From Bacteroidota bacterium (GTDB taxonomy: Bacteria > Bacteroidota > Bacteroidia > Bacteroidales > UBA7960), in contig REDJ01000108.1 of assembly GCA_007693555.1 (NCBI GenBank), positions 55,951-119,950 on the forward strand: a DNA stretch of 64,000 nt. Direction: 5' to 3'. The position numbers and the translations under genes were made by a program. Under the pieces are notes generated by a model. It was not told where the DNA came from and did no database searches. It worked only from the letters and a program-made list of their open reading frames with translations. This document shows positions 61,918 through 64,000 of the stretch, in pieces. How positions within the stretch are numbered: the stretch's first letter is position 1; every line of letters begins with the position of its first letter.

Positions 61918-62484
61918 ATGGAAACCAAAGATTTTAAAATAGGAGCCAAAGTTGAGCATCCACAGTTTGGCCCAGGAATCATTACAAATGTTACATTAAC
62001 TTCTTATACCATTTATTTTGGCACCAAAGGTGAGAAAAGCATTGCAGCTGGTTTTCAGGGATTAAAACTTCTGAAACCATCAAATTTACCGGAAAATGAG
62101 GGTGAGGCTACCAGCCAATCAGGAATAAGCATCCAGGACCTGGAAAAAGTTTTTACCAATGTTCTCAGACGTTATGCCGATTTTCCGGAAATCGTTGAAC
62201 TTGGCGATAAGTGGAAAAAGGGAATGATGATCCTCAAACCCGGAGATGCCAGTCTTAAGCCCAAGGAAATACCGGTTGAATCCTTTTTCCATAAAATCGT
62301 GCTTGTTCGCGACAGATTGAGGGTGCTGGAGCAACGCATCAATTCAAATGAATCGCTTAGCGATGAAGAAAAGGTAAACCTTCAGCAATACATTACCCGC
62401 TGCTACGGGTCACTGACTACTTTCAATGTCTTATTCAAACACAAGCAGCAATATTTTGTGGGTGAAAAAGGCCAGACAGAGTAA
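61918..62484 (+). CDS. Conserved hypothetical protein with N-terminal Tudor/SH3-like domain
   Basis: FKIGAKVEHPQFGPGII N-terminus; C-terminal FFHKIVLVRDRLRVLEQ...LQQYITRCYGSLTTFNVLF. Confidence 0.75.
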   Translation: METKDFKIGAKVEHPQFGPGIITNVTLTSYTIYFGTKGEKSIAAGFQGLKLLKPSNLPENEGEATSQSGISIQDLEKVFTNVLRRYADFPEIVELGDKWKKGMMILKPGDASLKPKEIPVESFFHKIVLVRDRLRVLEQRINSNESLSDEEKVNLQQYITRCYGSLTTFNVLFKHKQQYFVGEKGQTE

Positions 62485-62578
62485 TTAAAAACCCCATAAA
62501 GAAATCCGGGGATCAATGCAATGTATGCTTATTTCCGGATTCCTTTATTTTTAATCATTATTCTCCGGTAAAAATTGC

Positions 62579-62725
62579 GAGATGCTTCGCTTTGCTCAGC
62601 ATGACAGGCTTTTCCAGAGATCAACAGTTGAGAGGGGTTGGATGGGGCTTCGCCCCATCCAACCCCTCCCTTGAATTTATAGCTATCTGTCATTCTGAGC
62701 GCTACGCAGTAAAGCGAAGAATCCC
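62579..62725. repeat. REP/REPIN-like composite palindromic element
   Basis: gagatgcttcgctttgctcagcatgaca (62579-62606) is inverted relative to tgtcattctgagc..aaagcgaagaatccc (62688-62725); between them a perfect 17-bp hairpin at 62632-62668. Confidence 0.8.
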
Positions 62726-62771
62726 TTAATTTTTCAACACTTTTTGCGAACAACAAAGTTTTTTGATTTAA

Positions 62772-63527
62772 CTAACTGTTATTCATAAAACCCTGCTGCT
62801 CCAGCACTTTTAGCAGTACTTTGCTAAAGTGCACATTATCGGCTTTTTTATACCTGTTTTGCGTAAAAATCTGGGCCAGTGTTTCCAGTTGATTTTCTTC
62901 GAGCAATTTCTTTGTCTCAGGCAGACTTTCCTTTTCAGCATAGATTTCATCTATGTCCTGTGGGGTATAATCAGCGTATTTCTCATAATGCACAACACCT
63001 TTTGCGGGAAGCCGATCCACCTGATCAGGGTCTTCAGCCGGGTAACCTACCACCACAGTGGTAACCGGAACAACACCTTTGGGAAGATCAAAAAAATCAA
63101 TCAATTTATCAGCCTGGTAGGTGGTAGTTCCCAGGTAACAAATACCCAGGCCAAAATCTTCTGCTGCAACGCATGCATTTTGAGCAACCAGCAATGCATC
63201 TATGGCAGCTGTGAAAAATGACAGGAAATTATCATAACCGGGCTCTGCTTTTCTTTGTTTGCACCATTTATTAAAACGATTAAAATCGGCACAAAATGTC
63301 AGAAGCACCGGTGCCTGCTCAACCATTTTCTGGTTAAAGTGCAATTTGCAAAGTTCTTTGCGCTTTTCCTCGTCTTTGGTAACAATTACACTGTAAACCT
63401 GCATGTTTCCCGTGGTAGACGCCCGAAAACCGGCTTCAAGGATTTTATCAAGGACTTTATCGTCAATGGGATCAGGTTTATAATTTCTGATGGTTTTATG
63501 TTCTAAAAGCGTTTTAAGGGTTTCCAT
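62772..63527 (-). CDS. Nitroreductase family flavoprotein (NfsA/Frp-like)
   Basis: HKTIRNY; ASTTGNMQVYSVI; FCADFNR; AQN...GLGICYLG; VVGYP; RLP; TAGGTTTG box at 63554-63561. Confidence 0.9.
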   Translation of the reverse strand: METLKTLLEHKTIRNYKPDPIDDKVLDKILEAGFRASTTGNMQVYSVIVTKDEEKRKELCKLHFNQKMVEQAPVLLTFCADFNRFNKWCKQRKAEPGYDNFLSFFTAAIDALLVAQNACVAAEDFGLGICYLGTTTYQADKLIDFFDLPKGVVPVTTVVVGYPAEDPDQVDRLPAKGVVHYEKYADYTPQDIDEIYAEKESLPETKKLLEENQLETLAQIFTQNRYKKADNVHFSKVLLKVLEQQGFMNNS

Positions 63528-63606
63528 AACTGTAAGTTTAAATTTTGAGAGTGCAAACCTACAATTTTTCGGTCTCTTATAAAAAAATTATTCAAGTGAT
63601 TTGGGG

Positions 63607-63683
63607 AAGTTTCCAATTCCTCCGGAAGCCTGTCCCGATGCTTCGGGGTTGGAAGTTCCTACCCTATCAGGAACTGGAAACTT
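63607..63683. repeat. Small inverted-repeat element
   Basis: aagtttccaattcct (63607-63621) vs aggaactggaaactt (63669-63683), 14/15 match, enclosing the hairpin cccgatgcttcggg. Confidence 0.55.
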
Positions 63684-63826
63684 GCGGAGCATTTTCCAGC
63701 TTCGGGGACAACGCAAACTTAGCATACCTGCGCACCTTCAATAAATTACATCAAAACCCCCGAAAAGATGGCGGATGACTGTTTTCTTAAGTAACCAGTT
63801 TTATACAAACCAAACCCATTTGAGTT

Positions 63827-64000
63827 TTAAAGCCGTGATTGAGAATACCCAGTTGGGAATTCCGATGTAAAAAATTCAATGTACTCCCCAAGCCTGGTGC
63901 CCATATAATATGGAAGATTCATAAGCAGAAACTCTTTTCCCCCAGGCGTTTTATGCTGCTCGATCCTGAATGAATTGGCAAATATCCTTACAGCATAAGG
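63827..64000 (-). CDS. 3' end of a CDS running off the window, probably an AAA ATPase/DUF4143-type protein
   Basis: My translation of the open frame: PYAVRIFANSFRIEQHKTPGGKEFLLMNLPYYMGTRLGEYIEFFTSEFPTGYSQSRL*; the LLxLPYY-type tail resembles DUF4143 proteins. Confidence 0.55.
   Translation of the reverse strand, partial: PYAVRIFANSFRIEQHKTPGGKEFLLMNLPYYMGTRLGEYIEFFTSEFPTGYSQSRL

Noticed and set aside
62529-62756. 75-aa ORF
   Set aside because: It is a translation of the palindromic repeat element, not a plausible gene
63545-63778. 77-aa plus-strand ORF
   Set aside because: TTG start, spans the nitroreductase promoter and an inverted repeat, no recognisable domain
1-64000. CRISPR array, prophage, integrase/transposase, reverse transcriptase, tRNA/rRNA, selenoprotein read-through, frameshifted pseudogenes
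   Set aside because: No regularly spaced repeats or diagnostic motifs seen by eye; intergenic gaps are short and recognised CDSs look full length. The many 60-180 aa antisense or alternative-frame ORFs nested in them are treated as shadows

Overview
An AT-rich, gene-dense core-chromosome segment of a Bacteroidota (Bacteroidales/Marinilabiliales-like) genome, judged from many TAnnTTTG -7 promoter boxes, T9SS cargo, the bat operon and the gyrA/clpC arrangement. It holds about 51 CDSs. In order: Spy/CpxP, a DcaP-like porin, TlpA and putP, the moxR-DUF58-batABCDE operon, TPR-gyrA/clpC, a TonB-dependent receptor + repeat lipoprotein + T9SS OB-fold locus, recF-DUF721, an nfeD-macrodomain-pncB-pncA-(S1-like x4) run, fsa/tal, SRP RNA, DUF3127, a cNMP-domain-aspartase fusion, a FecA-like receptor with PepSY-TM, fadD, a PQQ sugar dehydrogenase, GT2-ECF sigma, tgt-lptG, two thioredoxins, a DHOD-like protein, a nucleoside kinase, two FadL porins with an SGNH lipase, an M15D dipeptidase and a nitroreductase. 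I saw no CRISPR array, prophage, transposase, rRNA or tRNA. Three small palindromic or MITE-like elements are intergenic. The best candidates for undescribed biology are (1) the nuclease-less TBDR/lipoprotein/T9SS OB-fold locus, possibly for extracellular nucleic-acid capture, (2) the cNMP-AspA fusion with an altered ligand pocket, and (3) the NfeD-macrodomain-NAD salvage run. All family calls come from motif recognition by eye, not database searches.
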